Below, one piece after another: positions 53,647 through 63,972 of a DNA stretch of 64,000 nucleotides. Every line of letters begins with the position of its first letter. Position 1 is the first letter of the stretch. The DNA lies in assembly GCA_965237415.1 (NCBI GenBank), contig CBDEFM010000002.1, positions 1,568,001 to 1,632,000 on the forward strand, given 5' to 3'. The stretch comes from Alphaproteobacteria bacterium (GTDB lineage: Bacteria; Pseudomonadota; Alphaproteobacteria; UBA828). Below the pieces are notes generated by a model that worked only from the letters and a program-made list of their open reading frames with translations, searched no databases and was not told where the DNA came from. A program made the position numbers and the translations under genes.

Positions 53647-55419
53647 ATGGCGCAAACCGAAGAACGCTTCGACCCGCTGCTGATGGCCGTCCTCTCCCGC
53701 CGCATCGAGGCGATCATCCGCGAGATGAGCAACACGGTCATGCGCGCGTCGCGCTCGGCGGTCATCACCAACGCGCGCGACATGTCCTGCGGTATTCTCA
53801 CCTACGACCACCGCCTCATCTCCGTCGAGGAGGCGATGCCGATCCACGTCAGCGCGCTGGAGCTCACGACCCGGCCGATTACCGAGCTCTTCGACGACGT
53901 GAAGGAGGGTGACGCCTTCTTCAACAACAGCCCCTATCACGGGGTCACACACCACGCCGACATGACCCTCTGCGTGCCGGTCTTCGCCGAGGGCGAGCCG
54001 CTCTTCTGGGTGCTCTCGCGCTCGCACCACGCCGATGTCGGCGCGCCGGAGCCCACCACCTACCTGCCCTACGCGGCGACGCTCTATCAGGAAGGCGTGC
54101 ACTTCCCCTGCGTGCGCATTCAGGAGGGGCGCGAGGACAAGGCGGACATCGTGCGCATCGGCCTGCAGAAGATCCGCGCGCCCAACGTCTGGTACGGCGA
54201 CTACCGCGCCCAGGTCGGCGCCTGCTGGATCGGCGAGCGCCGGCTGAAGGCGCTGGTGGAGCACTACGGCATCGAGACCGTCCGCGCCTTCGTCGAGGCC
54301 TGGATGGACTATGGCGCGCGGCGCGCCGCGGCTGCGATCCGGGAGCTCCCCGCCGGCACCTGGCGCTACACCTGCACTCACGACCCGATTCCCGGCGTCG
54401 CGGAAGAGGGCATCCCGATCACCGCCCAGGTCACCATCGAGCCGGAGGAGGGCTTCATCACCGTCGACCTCCGCGACAATCCGGATTGCGTGCCGGGTGG
54501 GGTCAACCTCTCCGAAGCCTGCGCGGCGGGCTCGTGCCGCATCGGCGTCTTCTACAACCTCGACCCGACAATCCCGCACAACGACGGCAGCGCGAGCCGT
54601 ATCAAGGTGTTGCTGCGGGACGGCTGCGTGGTCGGGCGGCCGACCTTCCCGGCGGGCACCTCGGTCGCCACCACCAACGTCAACGACCGCCTCATCAACG
54701 CCGTGCAGTGCTGCTTCGCCCAGATCGGCGCACCCCACGGGCTGGCCGAAGGCGGCGGTAATTTCTCCGCCGGGCTCGGCGTGATCTCGGGCATCGACGA
54801 CCGCGACGTCGAGCCGGTGCCTTATGTGAACCAGTTCTGCACCGGCCTTTCCGGCGGCCCGGGCACCCACGGCCACGACGGTTGGCTCACCTACGAGGCG
54901 CCGGACGGCGGCGGCGTGCTGGTGCTCGCTTCGATCGAGATCGACGAGGCGCAGTACCCGATCCTGATGGAGGAGCGCCGCATCGCCGGCGACACCATGG
55001 GCGCCGGCCGCTGGAACGGCGCACCGGCGACCCAGGGCGCCTACCGCTCGCTCGCAGGCCCGGTCTCGGTCTTCTATTGCAGCGACGGCGATCTGAACCC
55101 GGCCCAGGGCGTCCTCGGCGGCAAGCCGGGCGCCCCCTCCCTCAACCGCAAGCGAGAGGCCGACGGCAACTTCCACACCCTCCCCTCCTTCCACGAAGAA
55201 CGGCTTGCGCCGGGCGAGGCGATTCACTACCGCACCGTCGCCGGCGGCGGTTACGGCGACCCGGCCGAACGGGATCCCGCTGCGGTCGCCGAGGACGTCG
55301 CCCGCGGCTGGCTCAGCCAAGAGCGCGCGCTCAGCGTCCACAAGGTCGCGCTGGTCCGCGCCGCCAACGGCATCGATGTCATGGTGGACCAGGAGAGGAC
55401 GCACCTGCTCCGGGCTTGA
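53647..55419 (+). CDS. Hydantoinase B/oxoprolinase subunit
   Basis: NSPYHGVTHHAD, HHADVG, GGGYGDP. Confidence 0.93.
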   Translation: MAQTEERFDPLLMAVLSRRIEAIIREMSNTVMRASRSAVITNARDMSCGILTYDHRLISVEEAMPIHVSALELTTRPITELFDDVKEGDAFFNNSPYHGVTHHADMTLCVPVFAEGEPLFWVLSRSHHADVGAPEPTTYLPYAATLYQEGVHFPCVRIQEGREDKADIVRIGLQKIRAPNVWYGDYRAQVGACWIGERRLKALVEHYGIETVRAFVEAWMDYGARRAAAAIRELPAGTWRYTCTHDPIPGVAEEGIPITAQVTIEPEEGFITVDLRDNPDCVPGGVNLSEACAAGSCRIGVFYNLDPTIPHNDGSASRIKVLLRDGCVVGRPTFPAGTSVATTNVNDRLINAVQCCFAQIGAPHGLAEGGGNFSAGLGVISGIDDRDVEPVPYVNQFCTGLSGGPGTHGHDGWLTYEAPDGGGVLVLASIEIDEAQYPILMEERRIAGDTMGAGRWNGAPATQGAYRSLAGPVSVFYCSDGDLNPAQGVLGGKPGAPSLNRKREADGNFHTLPSFHEERLAPGEAIHYRTVAGGGYGDPAERDPAAVAEDVARGWLSQERALSVHKVALVRAANGIDVMVDQERTHLLRA

Positions 55420-55501
55420 GCGTGGCAAGGCGGGGCGACGTTTGCGACGCTTTCTGCCAAGATGCGCGCCTTGTCGGTTCTGGGGCGCAGGAGGAAGCCG
55501 C

Positions 55502-56665
55502 ATGAGTGTCTGCATCGTCGGTTGGGGCCACACGGCGTTCGGCAAGCGCACGGACGCCGATACCGAATCGTTGACGCTGGAGGCCGCGCGGGCGGCGCTC
55601 GCCGATGCCGGCATCGGGCCGACGGACGTCGATGAGATCGTCGTGGGCTCCACAGGGCGCCTCGCCGATCAGGCGTTCCCCTCCTCGCTTCCGCTGCAGA
55701 TGGACGACGCGATGCGCTTCACGCCGTCGACCAATGTCGAGAACGCCTGCGCCACGGGCACTGCTGCGATCCACCAGGGCATGGCGGCGATTCGCTCGGG
55801 CCGGGCGCGCTTCGTGCTCGTCGTCGGCGTCGAGAAGATGACCGGCGCGAGCCGCGAGGAGGTGGCGAACAACCTGCTGAAGGCCTCCTACGTGAAGGAG
55901 GAAGCGCACATTCAAGGCGGCTTCGCCGGGGTCTTCGGCCTGATCGCGGAGAGCTACTTCCAGCGCCACGGCGACAAGTCCGACGCGCTCGCCGCCATCG
56001 CGGCCAAGAACCACAGGAACGGCGCGAAGAACCCCCTCGCCCACTTCCAGAAGGATTTGGGCTACGACTTCTGCCGCCACGCGTCGGACAAGAACCCGCA
56101 GGTCGCCGGGCCGCTCAAGCGCACGGACTGCTCGCCGGTCTCCGACGGCGCGGCTGCGCTGGTGCTGACCGATGTGGAGACCGCGCTCGCCATGCCGAAG
56201 GCGGTGATCTTCCGCGCCGCTTCCCACGTCAACGACTTCCTGCCGATGAGCAAGCGCGACGTGGTGCTGATGGAAGGCTGCGGCGAAGCCTGGCGGCGGG
56301 CGCTCGACCAGGCGGGGCTCACACTCGACGACCTCGACTTCGTCGAGACCCACGACTGCTTCACCATGGCCGAGCTCCTGGAGTACGAGGCGATGGGCCT
56401 CGCGCGGCGGGGCGAAGGCGCCGAGGCGATCCTCGACGGCTGGACCGAGATCGGCGGCAAGCTGCCGGTCAACCCCTCCGGCGGCCTCAAGTCCAAGGGC
56501 CATCCAATCGGCGCGACCGGTGTCTCGATGCACGTGATGAGCGCGATGCAGGTGACCGGCAACGCCGGCGACATGCAGCTCGAGGGCGCCAACCTCGCCG
56601 GTATCTTCAACATGGGCGGCGTCTCGGTCGCCAACTACTGCTCCATCCTGGAGCCGATCCGCTAA
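55502..56665 (+). CDS. Thiolase (SCP-x-like acetyl-CoA acetyltransferase)
   Basis: ENACATG, ETHDCF, NPSGGL..GHPIGATG. Confidence 0.9.
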   Translation: MSVCIVGWGHTAFGKRTDADTESLTLEAARAALADAGIGPTDVDEIVVGSTGRLADQAFPSSLPLQMDDAMRFTPSTNVENACATGTAAIHQGMAAIRSGRARFVLVVGVEKMTGASREEVANNLLKASYVKEEAHIQGGFAGVFGLIAESYFQRHGDKSDALAAIAAKNHRNGAKNPLAHFQKDLGYDFCRHASDKNPQVAGPLKRTDCSPVSDGAAALVLTDVETALAMPKAVIFRAASHVNDFLPMSKRDVVLMEGCGEAWRRALDQAGLTLDDLDFVETHDCFTMAELLEYEAMGLARRGEGAEAILDGWTEIGGKLPVNPSGGLKSKGHPIGATGVSMHVMSAMQVTGNAGDMQLEGANLAGIFNMGGVSVANYCSILEPIR

Positions 56666-56712
56666 CCAAGTCCCTCGCCGCGGCCGGCGGCGACCCTGCC
56701 ACGAAGAGACGG

Positions 56713-58386
56713 GTGCAAGACATGTACGGGCGCGACGTATTCATGGAGAGCCTGCTGGCGCACGGGGTCCAGCATCTGTTCGGCAACCCCGGCACCACCG
56801 AGAGCCCGCTGATCGACAGCCTCGCCCGCTACCCGGCGATCGACTACGTGCTCGCGCTGCACGAGGTCGTCGCCATCGGAGCCGCGAGCTACTACGCCCA
56901 GGCGTGCGGCCGTGCGGGGGTGGTGAACCTGCACGTCGCGCCGGGCCTCGGCAACGCCATCGGCATGATCTTCGGCGCGCTCAGGACCAACTCGCCGATG
57001 GTGGTCACGGCCGGGCAGCAGGACACGCGGCTTCGCCTGCGCGACCCCATCCTCGGCCACGACCTGGTGGCCATGGCAGCGCCGGTGGTGAAGTGGAGCG
57101 TTCAGGCCGAGAGCGCCGACGAGATCGCGCCGATCATGCGGCGCGCCTTCAAGATCGCCCACGACCCGCCTTCCGGCCCTGTCTTCGTCGCGCTGCCCAT
57201 CAACGTGATGGAGCAGCAGACCGAGATTCAGGCCTTGGCCGCCGGCGCACTCTACCGCGCGCCGCCGCCGGACCCGGAGGGCGTGGCCGCCGTCGCCCGG
57301 CATCTGCTGGCCGCCCAGGAGCCTGCCATAATGATCGGCGACGACGTGGCGCGCGCCGGTGCCGGCGAGGCTCTCGTTGCCCTGGCCGAGACCGTGGGCG
57401 CCGGCATCTGGACCGAGCTCATCCATCAGCACCAGCCGGTCCCCAACATGCACCCGAACTACCGGGGCCGCACCCCGTCCGACCCCGCCAACATCGCGAA
57501 GACCTTCGGCGGCGCCGACCTGGTGCTCATGGTGGGCGGCCCCTTCTTCGAGGAAGTCTGGTACGCGCCGGAAGGACCGTTCCCGCCCGGTGCGACGGTG
57601 CTCCAAATCGAGGAGTCGACGGAGCGCCTCGCCCGCAACCACGGGCTCGCCGCGGGCCTGATCGCCGGGCTCAAGCCCGCGTTGGAGGCGATCTCCGCGC
57701 TGGTGCGGGAGGAGCGCTCCGCCGCCTACGCCGACAAAGCGAACGAGCGAAACCGGGTTTTTGTCACGTTTCGCGAGACGGAACAGAGGGACCGCCGTGC
57801 CCACCTCGACACCATCCGTGAGCGCCGACCCTTGCCGGTGCCGGTGATGCTGGAGGCGCTGGCGGCGGCGGTGCCGGAGGACGTGATCATCGTCGAGGAG
57901 GCGATCACCGGCAGCCCGGAGATCCCCAAGGCCTTCAGCTTCGGCGGCGCCGGCGACTATTTCTGCGGCCGCGGCGGCGGGATCGGCCAGGGGATCGCGG
58001 GTGCGCTCGGCGTGAAGCTCGCAAACCCGGACCGGCCGCTGGTGTGCCTCTCGGGCGACGGCTCGGCGATGTACAGCATCCAGGCGCTGTGGACCGCGGC
58101 GCGCCACCGGCTGCCGATCGTCTTCATCATCCTCGCCAACGCCGAGTACCGCATTCTCAAGCACAATCTCGATATCTACCGGCGGCGCTTCGACGTAGCG
58201 ACGAACCACCCCTATGTGCAGATGGACCTGGTCGATCCGCCCCTGGGGTTCGTCGAGATGGCCGCCGGCATGGGCGTCGTCGGCACCCGCGTCACCGAAC
58301 CCGACGCGCTGGCCGCAGCGGTCCGCGATGCGCTGGCCTCGGGCGCCCCGCACCTGATCGAGGTCGCAATCGAGGGCAAGGTCTAG
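56713..58386 (+). CDS. TPP-dependent decarboxylase (benzoylformate decarboxylase-like)
   Basis: FGNPGTTE, NLHVAPGLGN, GDGSAMYSIQALWTAA. Confidence 0.88.
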   Translation: MQDMYGRDVFMESLLAHGVQHLFGNPGTTESPLIDSLARYPAIDYVLALHEVVAIGAASYYAQACGRAGVVNLHVAPGLGNAIGMIFGALRTNSPMVVTAGQQDTRLRLRDPILGHDLVAMAAPVVKWSVQAESADEIAPIMRRAFKIAHDPPSGPVFVALPINVMEQQTEIQALAAGALYRAPPPDPEGVAAVARHLLAAQEPAIMIGDDVARAGAGEALVALAETVGAGIWTELIHQHQPVPNMHPNYRGRTPSDPANIAKTFGGADLVLMVGGPFFEEVWYAPEGPFPPGATVLQIEESTERLARNHGLAAGLIAGLKPALEAISALVREERSAAYADKANERNRVFVTFRETEQRDRRAHLDTIRERRPLPVPVMLEALAAAVPEDVIIVEEAITGSPEIPKAFSFGGAGDYFCGRGGGIGQGIAGALGVKLANPDRPLVCLSGDGSAMYSIQALWTAARHRLPIVFIILANAEYRILKHNLDIYRRRFDVATNHPYVQMDLVDPPLGFVEMAAGMGVVGTRVTEPDALAAAVRDALASGAPHLIEVAIEGKV

Positions 58387-58408
58387 TCGCCGCTTCGCGG
58401 CATTTTCG

Positions 58409-58524
58409 ATATCCCTCAATCGCCGGGCGCTCGGATTTCGCTCCCGCGCGCGTATCCGCGCGACGCTCGCTTGGCTACGCGCCAGGGGCGCGCGGCGCAG
58501 TCGCGCCGTCCGGGCCTGCGGCCC
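58409..58524. repeat. Palindromic intergenic repeat family B, copy 2
   Basis: Homologous to 40914-41001 with an extra internal segment. Confidence 0.7.
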
Positions 58525-58592
58525 GCCGCCCCCCTCGACGTGGCGCGTCTTTACCAGCACACTCCCCGCGCGGTTCCGGGCGGGAGTTGGTA

Positions 58593-60695
58593 ATGGCAGG
58601 TACGAACGCGGGGGTTCGAATCGGCGTCGATATCGGCGGCACCTTCACCGATATCGTGCTGGAGCGCGGGCCTGAGCGGATCACGGCGAAGGTGCTGACG
58701 ACGCCCGACGCGCCTGAGGAAGGGGTGCGCCAAGCCCTCGCGCAGGCGATGAAGGCCTGCAGAGTCGCGCCCGCGGACGTTGCACTGGTTATTCACGGCA
58801 CCACGCTCGCCACCAACGCGCTGATCGAGCGCAAGGGCGCACGGACCGCGCTGGTGACGACGGAAGGCTTCCGCGATTCCATCGAGATGGGGACGGAGAG
58901 CCGCTTCGAGCAGTACGACATCGACATGGAGAAGCCGGTGCCGCTGGTGCCGCGGCAGTGGCGCTTCCCCATTCCCGAGCGGCTCGACGCCTCGGGCGAG
59001 CCGATCCTGCCGCTCGACGAGGCGGCGGTCGAAGCCACGGCCGCAAGGCTCGCCGCCGAGGGGATCGAGAGCGCGGCGATCGGCCTCCTGCACTCCTACG
59101 TCAACCCGGCGCACGAGCGCCGTGTGCGCGCGATCCTGCAGGATGCGCTGCCGGACCTCGCCATCACGCTCTCCTCGGAGGTCTCGCCGGAGATGCGCGA
59201 GTACGAGCGTTTCTCGACCGCCTGCGCCAATGCCTACGTTCAGCCGGTGATGGCGCGCTACCTGCGCAACCTGGAGGACGGTCTGAGGGACGCGGGCTTC
59301 CGCTGCCCGCTCTTCGTCATGCTCTCCGGCGGCGGCGTCGCCGACATCGGGACGGCGATCCGCTTCCCCATCCGCCTCGTCGAATCCGGGCCGGTGGGCG
59401 GCGCCGTCTTCGCGAGCCACATCGCCCGGCAATGCGCGCTCGATCGCGTGCTCTCCTTCGACATGGGCGGCACGACCGCCAAGATCTGCCTGATCGACGA
59501 TGCTCAGCCGCGGACGGCACGGGCCTTCGAGGTCGCCCGCGCCCATCGCTTCCTCAAGGGCAGCGGGCTGCCGCTCCGCATCCCCGTGATCGAGATGGTG
59601 GAGATCGGCGCGGGCGGCGGCTCCATCGCCGTCGTCGACCGGCTCGGCCGCATCGCCGTGGGGCCGGAGAGCGCGGGCGCCCAGCCGGGGCCGGCCTGCT
59701 ACGGCCAGGGCGGCACCCGGCCCACGGTCACCGACGCCGATCTCGCGATGGGGCGAATCGACCCCGCCGAGTTCTCGGGCGGGCGCATCGCGCTCGACGA
59801 GCAGGCGGCTACGGATGCGCTCACCGCCGGGGTCGGCGCGCCGCTCGATCTGGAGCCGCAGATAGCGGCGCTCGGGGTCAGCGAGATGGTAGGCGAGAAC
59901 ATGGCGAGCGCTGCGCGCGTCCACGCCATCGAGATCGGGGCCACGCTCGGCGAGCGCACGATGATCGCCTTCGGCGGCGCAGCCCCGCTGCACGCGGCCC
60001 GGCTCGCCGAGAAGCTCGACATGGACCGCATCCTCATCCCGACGGCCGCAGCGGTGGGCTCGGCGGTGGGCTTCCTCCGCGCGCCGGTCGCCTACGAGGT
60101 GGTGCGCAGCGCCTATCAGGTGGTGAGCGCCTTCAACCCCGAGACGACCAACCGCGTGCTGGAGGAGATGCGGTCCGAGGCCGCCGCCATCGTCGCGCAA
60201 GGAGCGCCGGGCGCCGCCACGCAGGAGCACCGCGCCGCCTACATGCGCTATCTCGGCCAGGGGCACGAGGTCGTCGTGCCGCTGCCCAACCGCACCTGGG
60301 CGCGGGAGGACACCGCCATCATCCGCGACGCCTTCGAGTCTGCTTACGAAGCGCTCTATGGGCGCATCATCCCGAAGCTCGACCTCGAGATCGTGAGTTG
60401 GTCCGTCGGCGTGAGCGCCGTGCCCGAGGCCGTCGCCCCAGTCGACTCGCCGGCTCCAGCGGCCGCGCCGCCGGCGCGGGGGGTGCGGCCCGTGCTCGAT
60501 CCGGGGAGCGGCCGCGTGGTCGAGGCGGCGCTCTATCGCCGCGCGGATTTCACCGCCGGCGCCCGTGTGGACGGGCCTGCGCTTATCGTCGAGACTGACA
60601 CCACGGCAGTGGTGAGCGCGGCCTTCACCGCCTCGGTCGATGCGCTGGGCACGATCGTGATGGAACGCCGGCCGGCTCAAGGGGAGGACGCCTGA
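58593..60695 (+). CDS. Hydantoinase A/oxoprolinase subunit
   Basis: DIGGTFTD, HGTTLATNA, DMGGTTAK, GAGGGS. Confidence 0.93.
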   Translation: MAGTNAGVRIGVDIGGTFTDIVLERGPERITAKVLTTPDAPEEGVRQALAQAMKACRVAPADVALVIHGTTLATNALIERKGARTALVTTEGFRDSIEMGTESRFEQYDIDMEKPVPLVPRQWRFPIPERLDASGEPILPLDEAAVEATAARLAAEGIESAAIGLLHSYVNPAHERRVRAILQDALPDLAITLSSEVSPEMREYERFSTACANAYVQPVMARYLRNLEDGLRDAGFRCPLFVMLSGGGVADIGTAIRFPIRLVESGPVGGAVFASHIARQCALDRVLSFDMGGTTAKICLIDDAQPRTARAFEVARAHRFLKGSGLPLRIPVIEMVEIGAGGGSIAVVDRLGRIAVGPESAGAQPGPACYGQGGTRPTVTDADLAMGRIDPAEFSGGRIALDEQAATDALTAGVGAPLDLEPQIAALGVSEMVGENMASAARVHAIEIGATLGERTMIAFGGAAPLHAARLAEKLDMDRILIPTAAAVGSAVGFLRAPVAYEVVRSAYQVVSAFNPETTNRVLEEMRSEAAAIVAQGAPGAATQEHRAAYMRYLGQGHEVVVPLPNRTWAREDTAIIRDAFESAYEALYGRIIPKLDLEIVSWSVGVSAVPEAVAPVDSPAPAAAPPARGVRPVLDPGSGRVVEAALYRRADFTAGARVDGPALIVETDTTAVVSAAFTASVDALGTIVMERRPAQGEDA

Positions 60696-62455
60696 TGAAC
60701 GGCACGACCGACTCCGGGCTCGCGCAAATCCAGACGCAGATCATGTGGAACCGCCTGATCTCGGTGGTGGAGGAGCAGGCGCAGACGCTGCTCCGCACCG
60801 CCTTCAGTACCACTGTGCGGGAAGCGGGCGACCTCTCCGCCGGCGTCTTCGACACCGAGGGCCGGATGCTCGCCCAGGCGGTCACCGGCACGCCCGGCCA
60901 CGTCAACTCGATGGCCATTGCGGTGCAACACTTCCTCGCCCGCTACCCCAACGAGGCCATGCGCGAGGGCGATGTCTACATCACCAACGACCCGTGGCTC
61001 ACCTGCGGCCACCTGCACGACCTCACGGTGGTGACACCGGTGTTCCGCGAAGGCCGGGTGATCGGCTCCTTCGCCTGCACCGCGCACGTGGTCGATATCG
61101 GCGGGCGCGGCTTCGGGCCCGATGCGCGCTCCGTGTTCGAGGAGGGCCTCTACATCCCGATCATGCCGCTCTGCCGCGAGGGCCGGATCAACGAGGACCT
61201 GCTGGAGATGGTGCGCTGGAACGTGCGCGAGCCGCTCCAGCTCGAAGGCGACGTCCACTCGCTGATCGCCTGCAACCGCGCCGGCGCCGACCGGCTGCTC
61301 GCCATGATGGACGAGTTCGGACTCACCGATCTCGACGGGCTCGGCGAGGAGATCGTCGAGCGCTCGCGCACAGCCACGCTGGCCGCCATCGCCGAGCTGC
61401 CCAAGGGCACCTACCGCAACAAGCTCACCATGGACGGCTACGACGAGCCGATCACGCTGGCCGCCGCCATGACCATCTCGGGCGAAGGCATCCACGTCGA
61501 CTTCACCGGCACCTCGCCCGCCAGCAATCACGGCATCAACGTGGTGCTCAACTACACCACCGCCTACACGAGCTTCGGCCTCAAGTGTATCGTGGCGAAG
61601 GACATTCCCAACAACGCGGGCTCGCTCGCGCCGCTCACGGTGTCGGCGCCCGAAGGCTCGATCCTCAACGTGCCCCGGCCCTGGCCGGTCGCCGCCCGCC
61701 ACGTCATCGGCCACATGCTGCCGGACCTCGTGTTCGGCTGCCTGCATCAGGCCATTCCCGACCGGGTGCCGGCGGAGGGCGCGGCCTCGCTCTGGATCGT
61801 GCAGTTGCGCGGCGGGGCGACGGCGATCGACAGCGAGGCCCGGCGCAACGCGGCGTTCGACCCGCCGGAGTTCGAGGTCGCTCTCTTCAACTCGGGCGGC
61901 GCCGGCGCGCGGCCCACGAAGGATGGGCTCTCTGCGACGGCCTTCCCGAGCGGCGTGCGCACCATACCGGCCGAGGCCACGGAGATCGTGGCGCCGATCG
62001 TCATCTGGCGGAAGGAGCTCGCGGCGGACACCGGCGGTGCCGGATCGCTGCGCGGCGGGCTCGGCCAGGTGATCGAGATCGGCGGCGTCGACGGCGCGCC
62101 CTTCAGCGTGCTCGCGCAGTTCGAGCGTATCCAGCATCCGGCGCGCGGCCGGGGCGGCGGGCTCGACGGTGCGCCCGGCACCGTCGAGCTCGACGACGGC
62201 ACAAAGATGCGCGGCAAGGGGCAGCAGACGATCCCGCCCGGCCAGCGCCTCAAGCTGGTGCTGCCCGGCGGTGCCGGCTACGGCGACCCGCGCCGCCGCT
62301 CGCCCGAGGACGTCGCCGCCGACGTGCGGAACGACATGGTCTCGCCCGAGGCCGCGCGGCGGGACTACGCCGTTGCCGTCACGCCAAACGGCGCTCTCGA
62401 CCAGGACGCCACCCTAGCCCTTCGCGGGGCGGGAGCGGCTGCGGGCGCCGAATAG
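60695..62455 (+). CDS. Hydantoinase B/oxoprolinase subunit
   Basis: IMWNRLISVVEEQ, TNDPW..GHLHD, HVVDIGG, GGAGYGDP. Confidence 0.93.
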   Translation: MNGTTDSGLAQIQTQIMWNRLISVVEEQAQTLLRTAFSTTVREAGDLSAGVFDTEGRMLAQAVTGTPGHVNSMAIAVQHFLARYPNEAMREGDVYITNDPWLTCGHLHDLTVVTPVFREGRVIGSFACTAHVVDIGGRGFGPDARSVFEEGLYIPIMPLCREGRINEDLLEMVRWNVREPLQLEGDVHSLIACNRAGADRLLAMMDEFGLTDLDGLGEEIVERSRTATLAAIAELPKGTYRNKLTMDGYDEPITLAAAMTISGEGIHVDFTGTSPASNHGINVVLNYTTAYTSFGLKCIVAKDIPNNAGSLAPLTVSAPEGSILNVPRPWPVAARHVIGHMLPDLVFGCLHQAIPDRVPAEGAASLWIVQLRGGATAIDSEARRNAAFDPPEFEVALFNSGGAGARPTKDGLSATAFPSGVRTIPAEATEIVAPIVIWRKELAADTGGAGSLRGGLGQVIEIGGVDGAPFSVLAQFERIQHPARGRGGGLDGAPGTVELDDGTKMRGKGQQTIPPGQRLKLVLPGGAGYGDPRRRSPEDVAADVRNDMVSPEAARRDYAVAVTPNGALDQDATLALRGAGAAAGAE

Positions 62456-62635
62456 GGACGCGTCGCGCTGAGCCTCGCCCTTACGAACCCGGGCGGGCGT
62501 AGAGCATAGACCGCGAGATCGCCAGTGATGGGTGCATGCGGTGACTTACGCTTGAGACTGGCAAGGCTCACTGAACGGCTGTTAAGATTGCGCGCGCTAG
62601 GCCGAGAGAAGCCTGAAGCTCGTGGAGGTTGAATC

Positions 62636-63553
62636 ATGACCGACCGATGGCGTCGAGTGGTCACCTTGCACTTTGGCGGCGGTCGCTATGGCGAGCACGC
62701 CCTCGATGCTGCAGCTTGTGGCGAACTTCAACGCTTCCAGACCTTGGTGACCGACACAGCAAAGGTGCTTTGGCGACACAAGAACCCAGGTCGTGCACGA
62801 CTGCCGAAAAACTTCGAGAGCCGAACCCAGTTATGGCTTCGTTCAATTGAAGATGGCAGTACCGCAATCCCATTCGAGATGCTGACCGACAAACCATTAA
62901 TGAGCACCATCGAAGAGCCACAGATTAATAACGAAGCAACAGAAGCTATTGACATTGTTTATAGAGTCTTCAAGGCGGTAAATAATGATCTTGCCCTTCC
63001 AGAGGAGTGCCCGAAGCAATTGCTATCTGAGTATGCTCATCTAGGCGAAAGTCTTTCGACTTCATGCACGCTGCGATTCGCACCGCCAAAGCAGGATATA
63101 GCGCATGTTACAAAGCGCGATCGAGATCAGCTGATATCCATTGCCGAGACTTCTTACGAAGATGAATTGGATATTACTGGACGTGTGCTTGAAGTCGATG
63201 TTCGAAAAAGGCAATTTCAGATTTTGATCGACGAAAAGACCAGCGTCGTCGCGTCATTTACTAGGAAGCAGGAAGCACAGATTACATCCGCACTGAAGGA
63301 ACACGAATCAGTACGCCTCAGGGTGAGGGGGCGGGGTGAATTTACTCCCGAGGGAAAACCACGAAAAGTCTATCAAGTCGTGAGTCTCGACTCCATTTCG
63401 AGTGATGGAACTGGGTTCGACACTGGGGCGCCGCAAATCGAGGACGTGATAACCAATATATTTAGAGATATCCCGGATGGAGAGTGGGACCAGATACCAA
63501 CCGACTTGTCACGCCGACTCGATTCATACGTTTCTGGCAGGGATGAGCCATGA
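62636..63553 (+). CDS. Hypothetical protein with antitoxin-like C-terminal tail
   Basis: 305-aa low-GC ORF, RBS ggagg; tail DIPDGEWDQIPTDLSRRLDSYVSG; overlaps PIN gene by ATGA. Confidence 0.7.
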   Translation: MTDRWRRVVTLHFGGGRYGEHALDAAACGELQRFQTLVTDTAKVLWRHKNPGRARLPKNFESRTQLWLRSIEDGSTAIPFEMLTDKPLMSTIEEPQINNEATEAIDIVYRVFKAVNNDLALPEECPKQLLSEYAHLGESLSTSCTLRFAPPKQDIAHVTKRDRDQLISIAETSYEDELDITGRVLEVDVRKRQFQILIDEKTSVVASFTRKQEAQITSALKEHESVRLRVRGRGEFTPEGKPRKVYQVVSLDSISSDGTGFDTGAPQIEDVITNIFRDIPDGEWDQIPTDLSRRLDSYVSGRDEP

Positions 63554-63972
63554 AGGCAGTGTTTGTCGATTCGTCATACTGGATCGCGATCATAAACCCA
63601 AAAGATCAATGGCATGATGCCGCAAAGAGGGCCAAAAAGAAGGTTGGAAGCGTACGACTTGCGACTACTGAAGAAGTTCTTATGGAGGTTCTCACTGGTT
63701 TTTCGAAATATGGTGAAGCCATTCGAAAGAACATTGCGGCTGCTGTGCGTGCCATTATCGAGAATCCAAACGTCAAAGTCATTCCCCAGACTCGCGACTC
63801 GTTCGCGAGAGGACTGAACCGATATGAGAACAGGCTTGATAAGGAATACAGCATGCAGGACTGCATTTCTTTCAATACTATGGAGGACGAAGGCATTACG
63901 ACCGCTCTCACTAGCGATCACCATTTTGAGCAAGAGGGATTCGTGGTTCTCATGCCGACTGAAATCACTTAG
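63550..63972 (+). CDS. vapC: PIN domain toxin (VapC family)
   Basis: VFVDSSYWIA, DQWH, EEVLME, YSMQDCISF, ALTSDHHFEQEGF. Confidence 0.92.
   Translation: MKAVFVDSSYWIAIINPKDQWHDAAKRAKKKVGSVRLATTEEVLMEVLTGFSKYGEAIRKNIAAAVRAIIENPNVKVIPQTRDSFARGLNRYENRLDKEYSMQDCISFNTMEDEGITTALTSDHHFEQEGFVVLMPTEIT

Noticed and set aside
51408-62137. Long antisense ORFs (e.g. 51408-53801, 53341-55653, 58551-60680), with similar cases elsewhere
   Set aside because: Shadow ORFs of high-GC genes with no recognisable motifs.
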